A stretch of 64,000 bases of DNA from an uncultured Pelagibacteraceae bacterium. Its GTDB lineage: Bacteria > Pseudomonadota > Alphaproteobacteria > Pelagibacterales > Pelagibacteraceae. The notes under the pieces were generated by a model. The model made no database searches. It was not told where the DNA came from and was given only the letters and a program-made list of their open reading frames with translations. The stretch spans positions 8,680 through 72,679 of the forward strand of contig CACHUN010000004.1 of assembly GCA_902583075.1 (NCBI GenBank). Reading direction: 5' to 3'. Of the stretch, positions 37,805 to 52,643 are shown one piece after another. A program made the position numbers and the translations under genes. Each line of letters begins with the position of its first letter. Position 1 is the stretch's first letter.

Positions 37805-37814
37805 CTTATTCAGC

Positions 37815-37842
37815 TTGACTAAAATAAGGCCCTGACTATATT
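37815..37842 (+). promoter_or_regulatory. Putative sigma70 promoter of rplU-rpmA
   Basis: TTGACT-N16-TATATT, SD TAGGA before the ATG. Confidence 0.55.
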
Positions 37843-37869
37843 GCTGATAATTAAAAATTAGGATCATTA

Positions 37870-38280
37870 ATGTCATACGCAGTAATACAAACAGGTGGAA
37901 AGCAGTACAAAGTCTCAGCTGGTGAAATAATAAAAGTAGAAAAATTAGCTGAGTCAAATCCAGCCTCTAAAGTAGAATTTAAAGAAATTTTAGCTTATGG
38001 AGATGATAAAAGTATTGAATTAGGTACACCAACTGTGGATGGTGCTAAAGTTGAAGCTGAATTATTAAAAAATGGCAAAGAGAGAACTGTTCTTATTTTT
38101 AAAAAAAGAAGAAGAAAAAATTCAAGACGTAAAAACGGTCACAGACAACAGTATTCACTAATAAGAATTAACAAAATTTTTTCAAAAGATGGTAAAGTTT
38201 TATCAGAGGCTGAAAAGATGAAAAAAAAGGAAGTTGTAGTTAAAGAAGCTAAAGAAGAAAAAATTGAGGCTTCAAAATAA
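37870..38280 (+). CDS. rplU: 50S ribosomal protein L21
   Basis: YAVIQTGGKQYKV and FKKRRRK..RRKNGHRQ motifs. Confidence 0.97.
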   Translation: MSYAVIQTGGKQYKVSAGEIIKVEKLAESNPASKVEFKEILAYGDDKSIELGTPTVDGAKVEAELLKNGKERTVLIFKKRRRKNSRRKNGHRQQYSLIRINKIFSKDGKVLSEAEKMKKKEVVVKEAKEEKIEASK

Positions 38281-38291
38281 ATAGGTAATTT

Positions 38292-38546
38292 ATGGCAACA
38301 AAAAAAGCTGGTGGATCATCGAGAAACGGAAGAGATAGTGCAGGCCGTAGACTAGGTGTAAAAAAATATGGTGGGGAATTAGTAATACCTGGAAATATTA
38401 TTGTAAGACAAAGAGGCACTAAAATTTTTCCTGGAGAAAATGTTGGAGTGGGTAAAGACCATTCAATTTTTTCTGTTGTTAAAGGAAAAGTTGTTTTTAA
38501 AAAAAGCAAATCAGACAGAACTTACGTATCAGTAAAGCCTAATTAG
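38292..38546 (+). CDS. rpmA: 50S ribosomal protein L27
   Basis: [22 protein letters not shown] and IIVRQRGT motifs. Confidence 0.97.
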   Translation: MATKKAGGSSRNGRDSAGRRLGVKKYGGELVIPGNIIVRQRGTKIFPGENVGVGKDHSIFSVVKGKVVFKKSKSDRTYVSVKPN

Positions 38547-38561
38547 TAGACAGCTAATTAA

Positions 38562-40652
<2,091 letters not shown>

Positions 40653-40656
<4 letters not shown>

Positions 40657-41900
40657 GTAAAAACTTAGAAAAAATCGGTACAAATGCGAAAATTGCTTTT
40701 CAAAACAAAATAAGTAATAAAAAAAAAAATAAAGTATTAAATTATTACATTCAACTTATTAAAAAAAACCAAAATAAAATTTTAGTCGAAAACACAAAAG
40801 ATATAAAAATAGCCAAATCTAAAAAACTTAAAGAAAATTTAATTAAAAGACTTGCTCTTAATAATGACAAAATAAGCTCAATTATTAAATCAATCGAAAC
40901 TATTGCAAAATTTAAGGATCCAGTAGATGTTGATATAGAAACCTGGAAAAGACCAAACGGTTTAAAAATAAAGAAAGTATCAATTCCGATTGGTATTATT
41001 GGTGTAATTTATGAAAGTAGACCAAATGTAACTTCGGATGTATCTACACTTTGTTTTAAATCTGGGAACTGCGTAATCCTAAGAGGAGGATCAGAGTCTT
41101 ACTTTAGTAATAAAATTTTAGCTAATCTTTTTAGAAAATCATTAGAAAAATACAAAATAAATAAGAATTTTGTTCAGTTTATAGAGAATAAAAATAGAAA
41201 ACTGGTCGACTACATGCTGTCAAAAATGTCAAAATATATAGATGTTATTATTCCAAGAGGTGGGAAAAGTCTTGTAAAAAAAGTTCAAGATTTATCCTCT
41301 GTTCCTGTAATTGGACACCTTGAAGGTATGTGTCATACTTATATTGATAAAGATGCAAATCTTTCAATGGCAAAAAAAATATTAATCAATGCTAAATTAC
41401 GTAATACTAGTATTTGTGGAGCTACCGAGACACTTTTAATACATAAAAATAAATCAAAAAACGTAAATGAGATATTAAATGAACTTACCAAGAGAGATTG
41501 TTTTATTTATGCTGATAGAAAAATTTCTAAATTGTTTAACGGAAATTCAAAATTAGCAAATAATAAAACATGGTCGAAGGAACATTTATCTGCAAAAATT
41601 TCTGTAAAACTAGTAAATAATATTAATGATGCAGTAAAACATATTAATAAATATGGAACAATGCATACTGATGCGATAATTACAAATAATAAAATTTCTG
41701 CAAAATTTTTTATAAAAAATATTAAAAGTTCGATCGCTATTCACAATTCTTCAACTCAGTATGCTGATGGAGGAGAATTTGGTTTTGGAGGTGAAGTTGG
41801 AATTTCAACAAACAAACTTCCACCAAGAGGTCCTGTTGGACTAAACCAGCTAGTTAGTTACAAATATGAGATATATGGGTCTGGACAAACAAGAAAATAA
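40653..41900 (+). CDS. proA: Gamma-glutamyl phosphate reductase
   Basis: IYESRPNV, IPRGG, CGATETLL, DGGEFGFGGEVGIST and RGPVGL motifs. Confidence 0.96.
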
Positions 41901-42411
41901 AAAAAAAATTGGTATTCTTGGAGGCACCTTTGATCCAGCACATAAAGGACATTTAAGTATCTCTAAAGAGGCAAAAAAAAGATACAATATTGATAAGATT
42001 ATTTGGGCAGTTACCAAAAAAAATCCATTTAAAGAGAAAAGTAGTTTAAGTTTAGATAAAAGAATAAATTTTGCAAAAAAAATTTCTAAAAAAAATTCAT
42101 TTATAAAAGTAAAATATTTTGAGGATAAAATTAAATCAAATAGAACAATTGACCTGATAAAGCATATTAAAAAAAATAATAAAAAGACCGATATTTATTT
42201 CATAATGGGAGCAGATAGTTTAATTAATTTTCATAAATGGAAAAACTCTGATTTAATTTCATCTATTTGTAACATTCTAGTATTTGATAGAGACAGATAT
42301 AAGGCCAAATCATTAAGTTCTAGAAGCTTTAAAAAGTATAGCAAGAAAAGCTTAAAATTTATAAAATTTAATAAGGTCAATATTTCATCTTCTAAATTAA
42401 GAAAAATTTGA
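41866..42411 (+). CDS. nadD: Nicotinate-nucleotide adenylyltransferase (start may be 41875)
   Basis: GGTFDPAHKGH, IMGADS...HKW and ISSS.LR motifs. Confidence 0.92.
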   Translation: MRYMGLDKQENKKKIGILGGTFDPAHKGHLSISKEAKKRYNIDKIIWAVTKKNPFKEKSSLSLDKRINFAKKISKKNSFIKVKYFEDKIKSNRTIDLIKHIKKNNKKTDIYFIMGADSLINFHKWKNSDLISSICNILVFDRDRYKAKSLSSRSFKKYSKKSLKFIKFNKVNISSSKLRKI

Positions 42412-42428
42412 TACTCTTTTAATAATTA

Positions 42429-42779
42429 ATGGACAAAATCTCTACTCTTCACAAAGATGTGGTCAATCTCTTAGATGCAAATAAAGCCCTAGATATTGTT
42501 TCAATAGATTTAGATGGAAAATCATCAATAGCGGATCAAATGATAATCGCTAGCGGGACGTCTTCAAGACATATCCAAGCTTTATCAGAGCAAGTATATG
42601 AATACTTAAAAAAAAATGGTGTAAGCAATTGTAAAATTGAAGGAAGAGAAAGTAGTGATTGGAAACTTGTAGATGGAATTGATCTTATTATTCATATTTT
42701 CAATCCTGAAAAAAGAAAATTTTATGAATTAGAAAAAATATGGTCTGAATTAATTCCTAAAGAAAAAGTAATTATATGA
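42429..42779 (+). CDS. rsfS: Ribosome silencing factor
   Basis: KA.DI, IASGTS.RH, W.LVD and R.FY.LEK.W motifs. Confidence 0.94.
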   Translation: MDKISTLHKDVVNLLDANKALDIVSIDLDGKSSIADQMIIASGTSSRHIQALSEQVYEYLKKNGVSNCKIEGRESSDWKLVDGIDLIIHIFNPEKRKFYELEKIWSELIPKEKVII

Positions 42780-43921
42780 TGAAAAAACCTAAAACATATT
42801 TTTTATCATTATTTATTTATTTTTTTGTAACTAGTATTGTTGCCGTATCAGAAGAGAATGATATTTATAAAAAAATAGATGTTTTTTCAGAAGTCTTAGA
42901 TAAAATTAATAAAGAATTTGTTGATGAGGTAAACCAAAGTGATGCAATGGATGCTGCAATCAACGGTGTTCTTCAATCCTTAGATCCTTATTCTGCTTAT
43001 ATGTCACCAGACTCTTATCAAAGTATGCAAACAGAAACGAGCGGAGAATTTGGAGGACTAGGAATTGAAGTGAGCATGGAAGCTGGGGTAATAAAGGTAA
43101 TAACACCAATGGATGATTCACCTGCGGCTGAAGCAGGAGTTAAAGCTGGTGATTATATTGTAAGAATTAATGATATTCAGGTTCAAGGTAAATCTTTAAG
43201 TGAAGCAGTTGACATAATGAGGGGTCCTGTTGGATCAGATATTGAAATAACAGTTAGAAGAAGGGGTGAACGAAAGGCATTAGTTTTTAATATTACTAGA
43301 GAAAAAATTAAAGTTTCATCAGTAAAATCTGAGATATTAGGTAATCAAACTGGTTATTTAAGACTTACTTCTTTTAATGAAAACAGTAGTGGTCAAATTA
43401 GAGATAAAATTAAAGAGTTTAAAAAAAATGAAAATGTTAAAAATTATATTTTAGATTTAAGAAATAATCCTGGTGGACTACTTTCTCAGGCAATTAAAAT
43501 TACAGATTTTTTTATAGATAGCGGAGAAATTGTTTCAACAAAAAGTAAAAGAAAATATGAAAGTAGAAAATTCTTTGCAAGAAAAGGTGATATATTAGAT
43601 GGAGATACAATTGTTGTCCTAATAAATTATGGTTCAGCATCTGCATCTGAAATTGTAGCAGGGGCGCTAAAGGATCATAAAAGAGCAATAATAATTGGAG
43701 AAAATAGCTATGGTAAAGGCTCTGTACAATCAATCATTCCTCTCAAAAATAAAGGTGCAATAAGATTGACTGTATCTAAATATTATCTTCCATCAGGAAA
43801 ATCTATATCAGAAATAGGTGTCTCGCCTGATATTGAGGTAGCTGAAGGATCTGATGACTTTAGGTTTAATACTGATACAGACAATCAACTTCAATTTGCT
43901 CTAGAGCTTTTAAACGGCTAA
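42776..43921 (+). CDS. ctpA: S41 carboxy-terminal processing protease
   Basis: LDPYS, GLGI PDZ, DLRNNPGG, SASASEI and GKGSVQ motifs. Confidence 0.93.
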   Translation: MMKKPKTYFLSLFIYFFVTSIVAVSEENDIYKKIDVFSEVLDKINKEFVDEVNQSDAMDAAINGVLQSLDPYSAYMSPDSYQSMQTETSGEFGGLGIEVSMEAGVIKVITPMDDSPAAEAGVKAGDYIVRINDIQVQGKSLSEAVDIMRGPVGSDIEITVRRRGERKALVFNITREKIKVSSVKSEILGNQTGYLRLTSFNENSSGQIRDKIKEFKKNENVKNYILDLRNNPGGLLSQAIKITDFFIDSGEIVSTKSKRKYESRKFFARKGDILDGDTIVVLINYGSASASEIVAGALKDHKRAIIIGENSYGKGSVQSIIPLKNKGAIRLTVSKYYLPSGKSISEIGVSPDIEVAEGSDDFRFNTDTDNQLQFALELLNG

Positions 43922-43922
43922 A

Positions 43923-44402
43923 ATGAAAGAGAAATATAAAAATTTACCACTTAGAAGTGGTGTTGGGATAGTTGTTTTAAATAAAGAAAACAAAATTTTT
44001 GTTGCAAAAAGAATAGATAATAAAAAAAACTTTTGGCAAATGCCACAAGGTGGGGTTGATAAGGGTGAAGACTTTTATGAGGCTGCAATTAGAGAATTAA
44101 AAGAAGAAACTAGTATTAAATCAGTAAGTTTAATTAAAAAAATTGATGGCTTACTTGCCTACCACTTACCAAATGAATTATTAGGAATTATTTGGAAAGG
44201 TAAATTTAAAGGTCAAAAACAACAATGGTATATAATGAGATTTAATGGTGATGAAAAAGAAATCAATATTAATACAAAACATCCAGAATTTCTTGAATGG
44301 AGATGGGTAGATCCAGATAAAATTACCGAACTTGTGGTAGAATTTAAACTACATGTATACGAAAAAATTCTAGAAGAAGTAAAAAAAATTTTAGTTAATT
44401 GA
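43923..44402 (+). CDS. rppH: RNA pyrophosphohydrolase (Nudix)
   Basis: WQMPQGG.D.GE....AA.REL.EE, GQKQ.W and FK..VY motifs. Confidence 0.93.
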   Translation: MKEKYKNLPLRSGVGIVVLNKENKIFVAKRIDNKKNFWQMPQGGVDKGEDFYEAAIRELKEETSIKSVSLIKKIDGLLAYHLPNELLGIIWKGKFKGQKQQWYIMRFNGDEKEININTKHPEFLEWRWVDPDKITELVVEFKLHVYEKILEEVKKILVN

Positions 44403-44782
44403 TTTTAATGCTTCAAGTTTTTGATCAAGTAAATATTTTTCCTGATCATTTATATCAGACTTATTAAGTTCTTCCTCAGCAGATTTCTGAATTTCTGAAA
44501 TTTTTTCTTTATCAATGTCTTTTAAATTTAAAATAAGACTTGTAAGTATAGAAAGATTATTATCTTTAAATTCAATTATTCCATCATTTACGTAAAAACT
44601 TTCCTCGCCAGACTTTGAAAATATTTTAATTATTCCTGGTTTTAAAAAAGAAATAATAGAAATATGGTCTTTTAAAATCCCTATCTCACCTTCAAATGCA
44701 GGAACAACTACCTCGGTGACATCATTTTTTGATAAAAATGATTTTTCAGGGTTTACTATTTCTACAGAATATTCTTCGCTCA

Positions 44783-44783
<1 letters not shown>
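44391..44783 (-). CDS. atpC: ATP synthase F1 epsilon subunit
   Basis: IVNPE and P..EGEIGIL.DH motifs, operon position. Confidence 0.92.
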
Positions 44784-47079
<2,296 letters not shown>

Positions 47080-47085
47080 TATTTT

Positions 47086-48621
47086 TTATGAGTTAAAATC
47101 TTTCTTAAGTTGTAAAATAATCTCATTCAATTCTTTCTCTTTATCATCTTCAAGTTTCCCTGAAGCTGTGATTGACTCAATGATATCTGGCTTTTCAGCT
47201 TTACATTTTTCAATAATTTTATTCTCAAAACTTGAAATATCCTTTTGTTCAATATCATCAAGATGTCCTCTAACTCCACAAAATACAGAAATGACTTGTT
47301 CTGCAACTGTCATGGGAGAATATTGGTTTTGCTTTAATAGTTCAGTTAATTTTGAACCTCGGTTGAGTAATTTTTGAGTAGATGCATCAAGGTCTGAACC
47401 AAACTGTGCAAATGCTGCCATTTCTCGATATTGAGCCAATTCTAATTTCATCGACCCTGAAACTTTTTTCATGGCCTTTGTCTGGGCAGAGGATCCTACT
47501 CTTGATACAGATAAACCAACGTTAATTGCTGGTCTTATACCTTGGTTAAAAAGTTCAGTTTCAAGGAAAATTTGTCCATCAGTAATTGAGATCACATTTG
47601 TTGGTATAAATGCAGAAACGTCACCTCCTTGAGTCTCAATGATTGGAAGAGCTGTCAAAGAACCACCTCCATGTTCATCACCTAATTTTGCTGCTCTTTC
47701 AAGTAATCTACTATGTAAATAAAATACATCGCCAGGATACGCCTCTCTTCCAGGGGGTCTTCTTAACAATAGTGACATTTGTCTATAAGCTACCGCTTGT
47801 TTTGATAAATCATCATATATTATTAAAGCATGCATTCCATTATCTCTAAAATATTCACCCATAGTACATCCAGTGTATGGAGCTAAAAACTGAAGTGGTG
47901 CTGCATCTGATGCTGTTGCTGCAACTATTGTTGTGTATTCCATTGCACCAGCTTCTTCTAATGTTTTTTCGATCTGTCTAACTGTAGATCTTTTTTGACC
48001 CACGGCCACATAAATACAATATAATTTTTTCTTCTCATCACCTGACTCATTAATTTTTTTCTGGTTTATAATAGCGTCAATAGCCACTGCTGTTTTACCA
48101 GTTTGTCTATCTCCAATAATTAATTCTCTTTGTCCTCTTCCAATTGGAACCAGACTATCAATTGATTTGAGACCAGTCTGCATTGGTTCACTAACAGATT
48201 TACGTGGAATTATACCTGGAGCTTTGACTTCAACCCTACTTCTTTTTAAGTTTTTATCTAATGCACCTTTTCCATCAATTGGATTTCCCAAACCATCAAC
48301 TACTCTACCAAGCAATTCTTTTCCAACTGGTGTATCAACAATCGCACCAGTTCTTTTTACAGTATCACCTTCTTTAACAGCTTTATCATCACCAAAAATT
48401 ACAACACCTACATTTTCACTTTCCAAGTTTAATGCCATTCCTTTGGAACCATCAGAGAATTCCACCATTTCTCCAGCTTGAACATTATCTAATCCATATA
48501 TTCTTGCTATACCATCTCCTACTGATAAAACTTGACCAACTTCTGTAACTTCAGCTTTATCTCCAAACTTTTTAATTTGTTCTTTTAATATTTTTGTAAC
48601 TTCTGAAGGATTTATTTCCAT
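47086..48621 (-). CDS. atpA: ATP synthase F1 alpha subunit
   Basis: GDRQTGKT and [21 protein letters not shown] motifs. Confidence 0.99.
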   Translation of the reverse strand: MEINPSEVTKILKEQIKKFGDKAEVTEVGQVLSVGDGIARIYGLDNVQAGEMVEFSDGSKGMALNLESENVGVVIFGDDKAVKEGDTVKRTGAIVDTPVGKELLGRVVDGLGNPIDGKGALDKNLKRSRVEVKAPGIIPRKSVSEPMQTGLKSIDSLVPIGRGQRELIIGDRQTGKTAVAIDAIINQKKINESGDEKKKLYCIYVAVGQKRSTVRQIEKTLEEAGAMEYTTIVAATASDAAPLQFLAPYTGCTMGEYFRDNGMHALIIYDDLSKQAVAYRQMSLLLRRPPGREAYPGDVFYLHSRLLERAAKLGDEHGGGSLTALPIIETQGGDVSAFIPTNVISITDGQIFLETELFNQGIRPAINVGLSVSRVGSSAQTKAMKKVSGSMKLELAQYREMAAFAQFGSDLDASTQKLLNRGSKLTELLKQNQYSPMTVAEQVISVFCGVRGHLDDIEQKDISSFENKIIEKCKAEKPDIIESITASGKLEDDKEKELNEIILQLKKDFNS

Positions 48622-49179
48622 TTAAGCCTCTATCATTGTATTTTCGATTTGTTGTAATTTATTTTTAATAGAGGTGTCTACCATAATACTACCAACTTGT
48701 ATTACTAGACCTCCAATTAAACTTTTATCATATTTATAGTCTAATTTTATTTTCGCGTTAAAATTTTGAGACAATTCATCTTTTATTTTATTTACTTGTT
48801 CTCCTGATAATTCTTTAGAAGAAATTAGTTCAGCTTTTACTTCTCCTCTTTTTTTTGAACAAGTGTCAACAAAATCTTGTAGAATTGTTCTTACATAAAA
48901 AAATCTTCTTTTAGATATAAGAAAACCTAAAAATTTTGATAGTAAAGAGTTTAATTTATAATTATCAGTAATCTTATTGATTACATCATGAAGTTCATTT
49001 ACAGAATTAGTTGGATCTTTTATTAATAAACTAAAATCTTTGCTATCATCTATTAATTTTAATAAAGATATTGATTGTTCTTCAACTTCATCTATTGAAT
49101 TATTTTCTTTAGCTAATTCATATAGTGCTAAAGAATATCTACCTGCTGTAGTAACTGAAAAACTGTTATTTTTGCTCAA
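48622..49179 (-). CDS. atpH: ATP synthase F1 delta subunit (TTG start)
   Basis: RYS.AL and LIGG...QVGS.MVD.S motifs, first gene of the F1 operon. Confidence 0.93.
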   Translation of the reverse strand: MSKNNSFSVTTAGRYSLALYELAKENNSIDEVEEQSISLLKLIDDSKDFSLLIKDPTNSVNELHDVINKITDNYKLNSLLSKFLGFLISKRRFFYVRTILQDFVDTCSKKRGEVKAELISSKELSGEQVNKIKDELSQNFNAKIKLDYKYDKSLIGGLVIQVGSIMVDTSIKNKLQQIENTMIEA

Positions 49180-49212
49180 TTTTGACTCTTTATTTTAGAA
49201 GATTTTTTGGAT

Positions 49213-49241
49213 TAAGTAGCATATGCGTTAGATGTCTTCAA
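49213..49241 (-). promoter_or_regulatory. Putative sigma70 promoter of atpHAGDC
   Basis: TTGAAG-N17-TACTTA with TGn extension. Confidence 0.5.
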
Positions 49242-49276
49242 GCATCAGATTAACAATTTAATATCTATTTTGTCTC

Positions 49277-51232
49277 TTAATTAAAGGATATTGGATCAAC
49301 ATCAACCGTCAGTTTTATTTCGCTGGATAATTTGTGCTTATTTAATATTCCAGCCAACTTATTTTGTATTTTCGACCCCTTTTTTGACCTTATTAAAAGC
49401 CTTTGTCTATATTTTCCTTTAACTCTATAAATAGGTGCATTCACAGGCCCTAAAACTTTATCATCGAGAGAATTTAAGAGCACTTGTTTTAAATTTTGAG
49501 ACTCTTCTTCTAATTTATTTTCGTTCGAGGCAGTGAGTATTAATGAAATAAATCTTTCAAATGGTGGAAGATTATTTTTTTCTCTTAACTTTAATTCATT
49601 TTCTAAAAAAATAAATGGGTCATGGTGAGTAATTTGACTTATAATATTTTTATTAATACCAAGAGTTTGAAAATATACTTTAGCAGGTTTGCCAGTCCTT
49701 CCTGCTCTTCCAGATAACTGGTGGTAAAGTTGAAGATTTTTTTCAGCTGTTCTAAGATCGTGTCCATTAGATGTTAAATCAATATCTAGAACAACAATGC
49801 AATTTAAATTTGGAAAATGAAAACCTTTTGAAATTAATTGTGTCCCAATTAAAATATCAACTTCACCATTCACTATACTTTCAAGTTTATCTTTGGATGA
49901 TTTTTTGTTCATGGTGTCGCTTGAAAAAATAGATATTTTTTTGTCAGGAAATAATATCTTTACTTCCTCTGCGATTCTTTCTACGCCTGGGCCACTAAAA
50001 ACAAAATCACAGGTATTTCCTTTACTACAATTTCTATTTAATTTACTTTTGAAACCACAATAATGACAAAGTAAAACATTTTTACCTTTATGATATACTA
50101 AATTTATTGAACAGTTAGGGCAGGCATATACTTTTACGCAATTTTTGCATAGGGCATAGGGTGCAAAACCTCTTCTATTCATAAAAAATAAAACTTGATC
50201 ATTTTTTTTTAAATGATCTCTAACCTTTTTCAAAGTTTCAGTAGCTATCCATGATTGTTTATTTAATTTACTATTATTTAAATCAATTATTTCAAATGAA
50301 GGGAGATTTGCATCTTTATATCTTTTAATTAATCTTGAGATAGAATACTTATTTTTTTTAACATTAGCATATGTTTCAATTGAAGGAACTGCAGTTACAA
50401 GGTTAATAGGAATATTTTCAAAGTTAGCTCTAGCTATTGCCATATCCCTTGCATTGTAAATTACTCCCTCCTCTTGCTTAAATGATTGATCATGTTCTTC
50501 ATCAATTACTATTAGTCCTATTTTTTTAAATGGCAAAAAAAGAGACGATCTTGCCCCTATAACCACCTTTATTAATCCTGATGCTACGCCACTCCAGATA
50601 ATTTTTTTTCTTTTTGGTGTTATTCCCGAATGCCAAATTGCAGCTTTAAAACCAAAAAATTCCTCAAATTTTTTCTCAAATTCTGAAGTAAGTCCTATTT
50701 CTGGTAGTAAAATTATTGCCTGATAACCCTTTTTTAAAATTTCCTCTATTTGCTTGAAATATATAATTGTTTTTCCAGATCCAGTTGTTCCTTGAAGCAA
50801 GTGTACTCTAAATTCTTCATTTTTTTTTAACATTTCTCTAAAGACTTTATTTTGATCTTCAGACAGTTTAAAAATTTTCCTAGTTTTTTTATTATTAAAG
50901 ATTAGATATTCTTTATGATTAAATTTGGTTATTGCATCACCACCAAGTAAATGAAGTTTTAAACACATTCCAATCGGTACCAAATTATAATTTGAGAACC
51001 AATTCAAAAAATTTATTGTTTCAATTTTCAAAGGATTTATTTCGATTGTAGATTTAATTTTTTTAAGTTTAAATTTTTTTTGAATTTTCTTTTCAAATAA
51101 GTTCCAAACAACACCTGTTAAATCCTTTTTTCCAAATGGTACCTTTACATAGGTTCCTGGACTTAATTTTTTATCAAATTCGTATGTAAAAGGATGATTG
51201 AAAATATTTGGTAATAAAACTGGAATTTGCAT
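49277..51232 (-). CDS. priA: Replication restart helicase PriA
   Basis: GTTGSGKT, LLPEI, DEEHD.SFKQ, Cys-rich region and GRAGR motif. Confidence 0.95.
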   Translation of the reverse strand: MQIPVLLPNIFNHPFTYEFDKKLSPGTYVKVPFGKKDLTGVVWNLFEKKIQKKFKLKKIKSTIEINPLKIETINFLNWFSNYNLVPIGMCLKLHLLGGDAITKFNHKEYLIFNNKKTRKIFKLSEDQNKVFREMLKKNEEFRVHLLQGTTGSGKTIIYFKQIEEILKKGYQAIILLPEIGLTSEFEKKFEEFFGFKAAIWHSGITPKRKKIIWSGVASGLIKVVIGARSSLFLPFKKIGLIVIDEEHDQSFKQEEGVIYNARDMAIARANFENIPINLVTAVPSIETYANVKKNKYSISRLIKRYKDANLPSFEIIDLNNSKLNKQSWIATETLKKVRDHLKKNDQVLFFMNRRGFAPYALCKNCVKVYACPNCSINLVYHKGKNVLLCHYCGFKSKLNRNCSKGNTCDFVFSGPGVERIAEEVKILFPDKKISIFSSDTMNKKSSKDKLESIVNGEVDILIGTQLISKGFHFPNLNCIVVLDIDLTSNGHDLRTAEKNLQLYHQLSGRAGRTGKPAKVYFQTLGINKNIISQITHHDPFIFLENELKLREKNNLPPFERFISLILTASNENKLEEESQNLKQVLLNSLDDKVLGPVNAPIYRVKGKYRQRLLIRSKKGSKIQNKLAGILNKHKLSSEIKLTVDVDPISFN

Positions 51233-52600
51233 TTATTTCAACCAAGGATATTTATATTGGTAATCCTTAAATAGATTATAATATTTCGAATACTTATCAG
51301 TATTATAACTAGTAATCTTATTTCTAATTTGAATATTGCTTGTCGTTCTAATATCTAGATCATCTCTCTTATAAAATTCGAGAACATTAGTATCCCATTT
51401 TAAACCACAAAAATTAAATATTTCTTTAGAAATTTTTTCTTTATTTTGTGTAAGATTTTCAAGAGATACATCATGTATAATATTCGGATATTTTTTTTTA
51501 AAATATTTGATTATTTTTCTATAGTTATCAATATAAGTAATTATGTTTTGTATACTATGTGTCCAAGATAGGTCAGGTAGTAATGATTGATAAATTCCTA
51601 CAATGGAGTCCTTAAGATTTCTATGACAATGTAAAAATTTAGCTTTCGGGAATATACTCAGTATAAAATCAATGTTAAAGAAATTCTCTAAAGATTTGTC
51701 TACAAAATAATTTACATCTTTTTCAATCAAAGAAAATTGAGAATATTTCTTATTAACAAAATTTTTAAACTCATTGACTTTAAAATTAAATATTTCTTGC
51801 TTTTCATCATTTAATAATATTTTAGAGGAAAGTTGATTTATTACACCCATATTAATGAAAGCAGACTCTCCAAATGATGGAATGTTATTTTCTGAAGAAG
51901 TAATAATTGCTTCAACTAGTGTTGATCCCGATCTTGGTAAGCCTATAATAAATATTGGTGAAATATCATTAAATAAATGATCTTTTTTTTCATTTTCTAT
52001 AAAATTTGATTGATTGTAATGATCTAAAATTACTTTTGAATAATACTTTTGTGATTGAAGGTTATAGTTTTTTTTAAAGTCAAAACAGAGGCTGTGAGAA
52101 TTATTTAAAAAAGCTAACTCTTTTTCAAAGTTTCTATCTTTCTTTTCTTTTTTAGATAGTAAGAATTCGGATAAAAACTTTTCTAAAATATTTGCATTTG
52201 GATTATCGTTAATTTGTTTAATAATTTTAAAATGACTTGTTTTAAGAAAATTTGGTTTTAATGTGAAAATACCATAATATGCTCTGATATCTCTTATATT
52301 TATATCTAAAACTTTAAGATAAGTTGATAATGATTTTTCTATATCACCAGTAGACTGTTCTAAATATGCAACTTTTAAATAAGTATTTAAAGATTTAGGA
52401 TTGATTTTCTTACATTTGTCAAAAAATGTTAGACTCTTTTTAATATTTTTTAATTCAAAATTAATAATTGCGAGATTATAATTAATTTCGAAGTTATTAT
52501 TATTTTTATTCAAATCTAGAAAGATTTTTTCTGCATCTTTAAAATTTTTTTGTGAAAGAAATTTTTTACCTAAATCTAAACTCATACTGAAATATATCAC
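51233..52600 (-). CDS. TPR-containing sulfotransferase family protein
   Basis: N-terminal TPR-like helices, PIFIIGLPRSGSTLVE (5'-PSB loop), DKS..NF, FP.AK..HC.R and TTSN.Q.R motifs. Confidence 0.85.
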   Translation of the reverse strand: MIYFSMSLDLGKKFLSQKNFKDAEKIFLDLNKNNNNFEINYNLAIINFELKNIKKSLTFFDKCKKINPKSLNTYLKVAYLEQSTGDIEKSLSTYLKVLDINIRDIRAYYGIFTLKPNFLKTSHFKIIKQINDNPNANILEKFLSEFLLSKKEKKDRNFEKELAFLNNSHSLCFDFKKNYNLQSQKYYSKVILDHYNQSNFIENEKKDHLFNDISPIFIIGLPRSGSTLVEAIITSSENNIPSFGESAFINMGVINQLSSKILLNDEKQEIFNFKVNEFKNFVNKKYSQFSLIEKDVNYFVDKSLENFFNIDFILSIFPKAKFLHCHRNLKDSIVGIYQSLLPDLSWTHSIQNIITYIDNYRKIIKYFKKKYPNIIHDVSLENLTQNKEKISKEIFNFCGLKWDTNVLEFYKRDDLDIRTTSNIQIRNKITSYNTDKYSKYYNLFKDYQYKYPWLK

Positions 52601-52643
52601 TTCTATACAATTAATATAATGAAAGATATGATTTTAAATTAAT

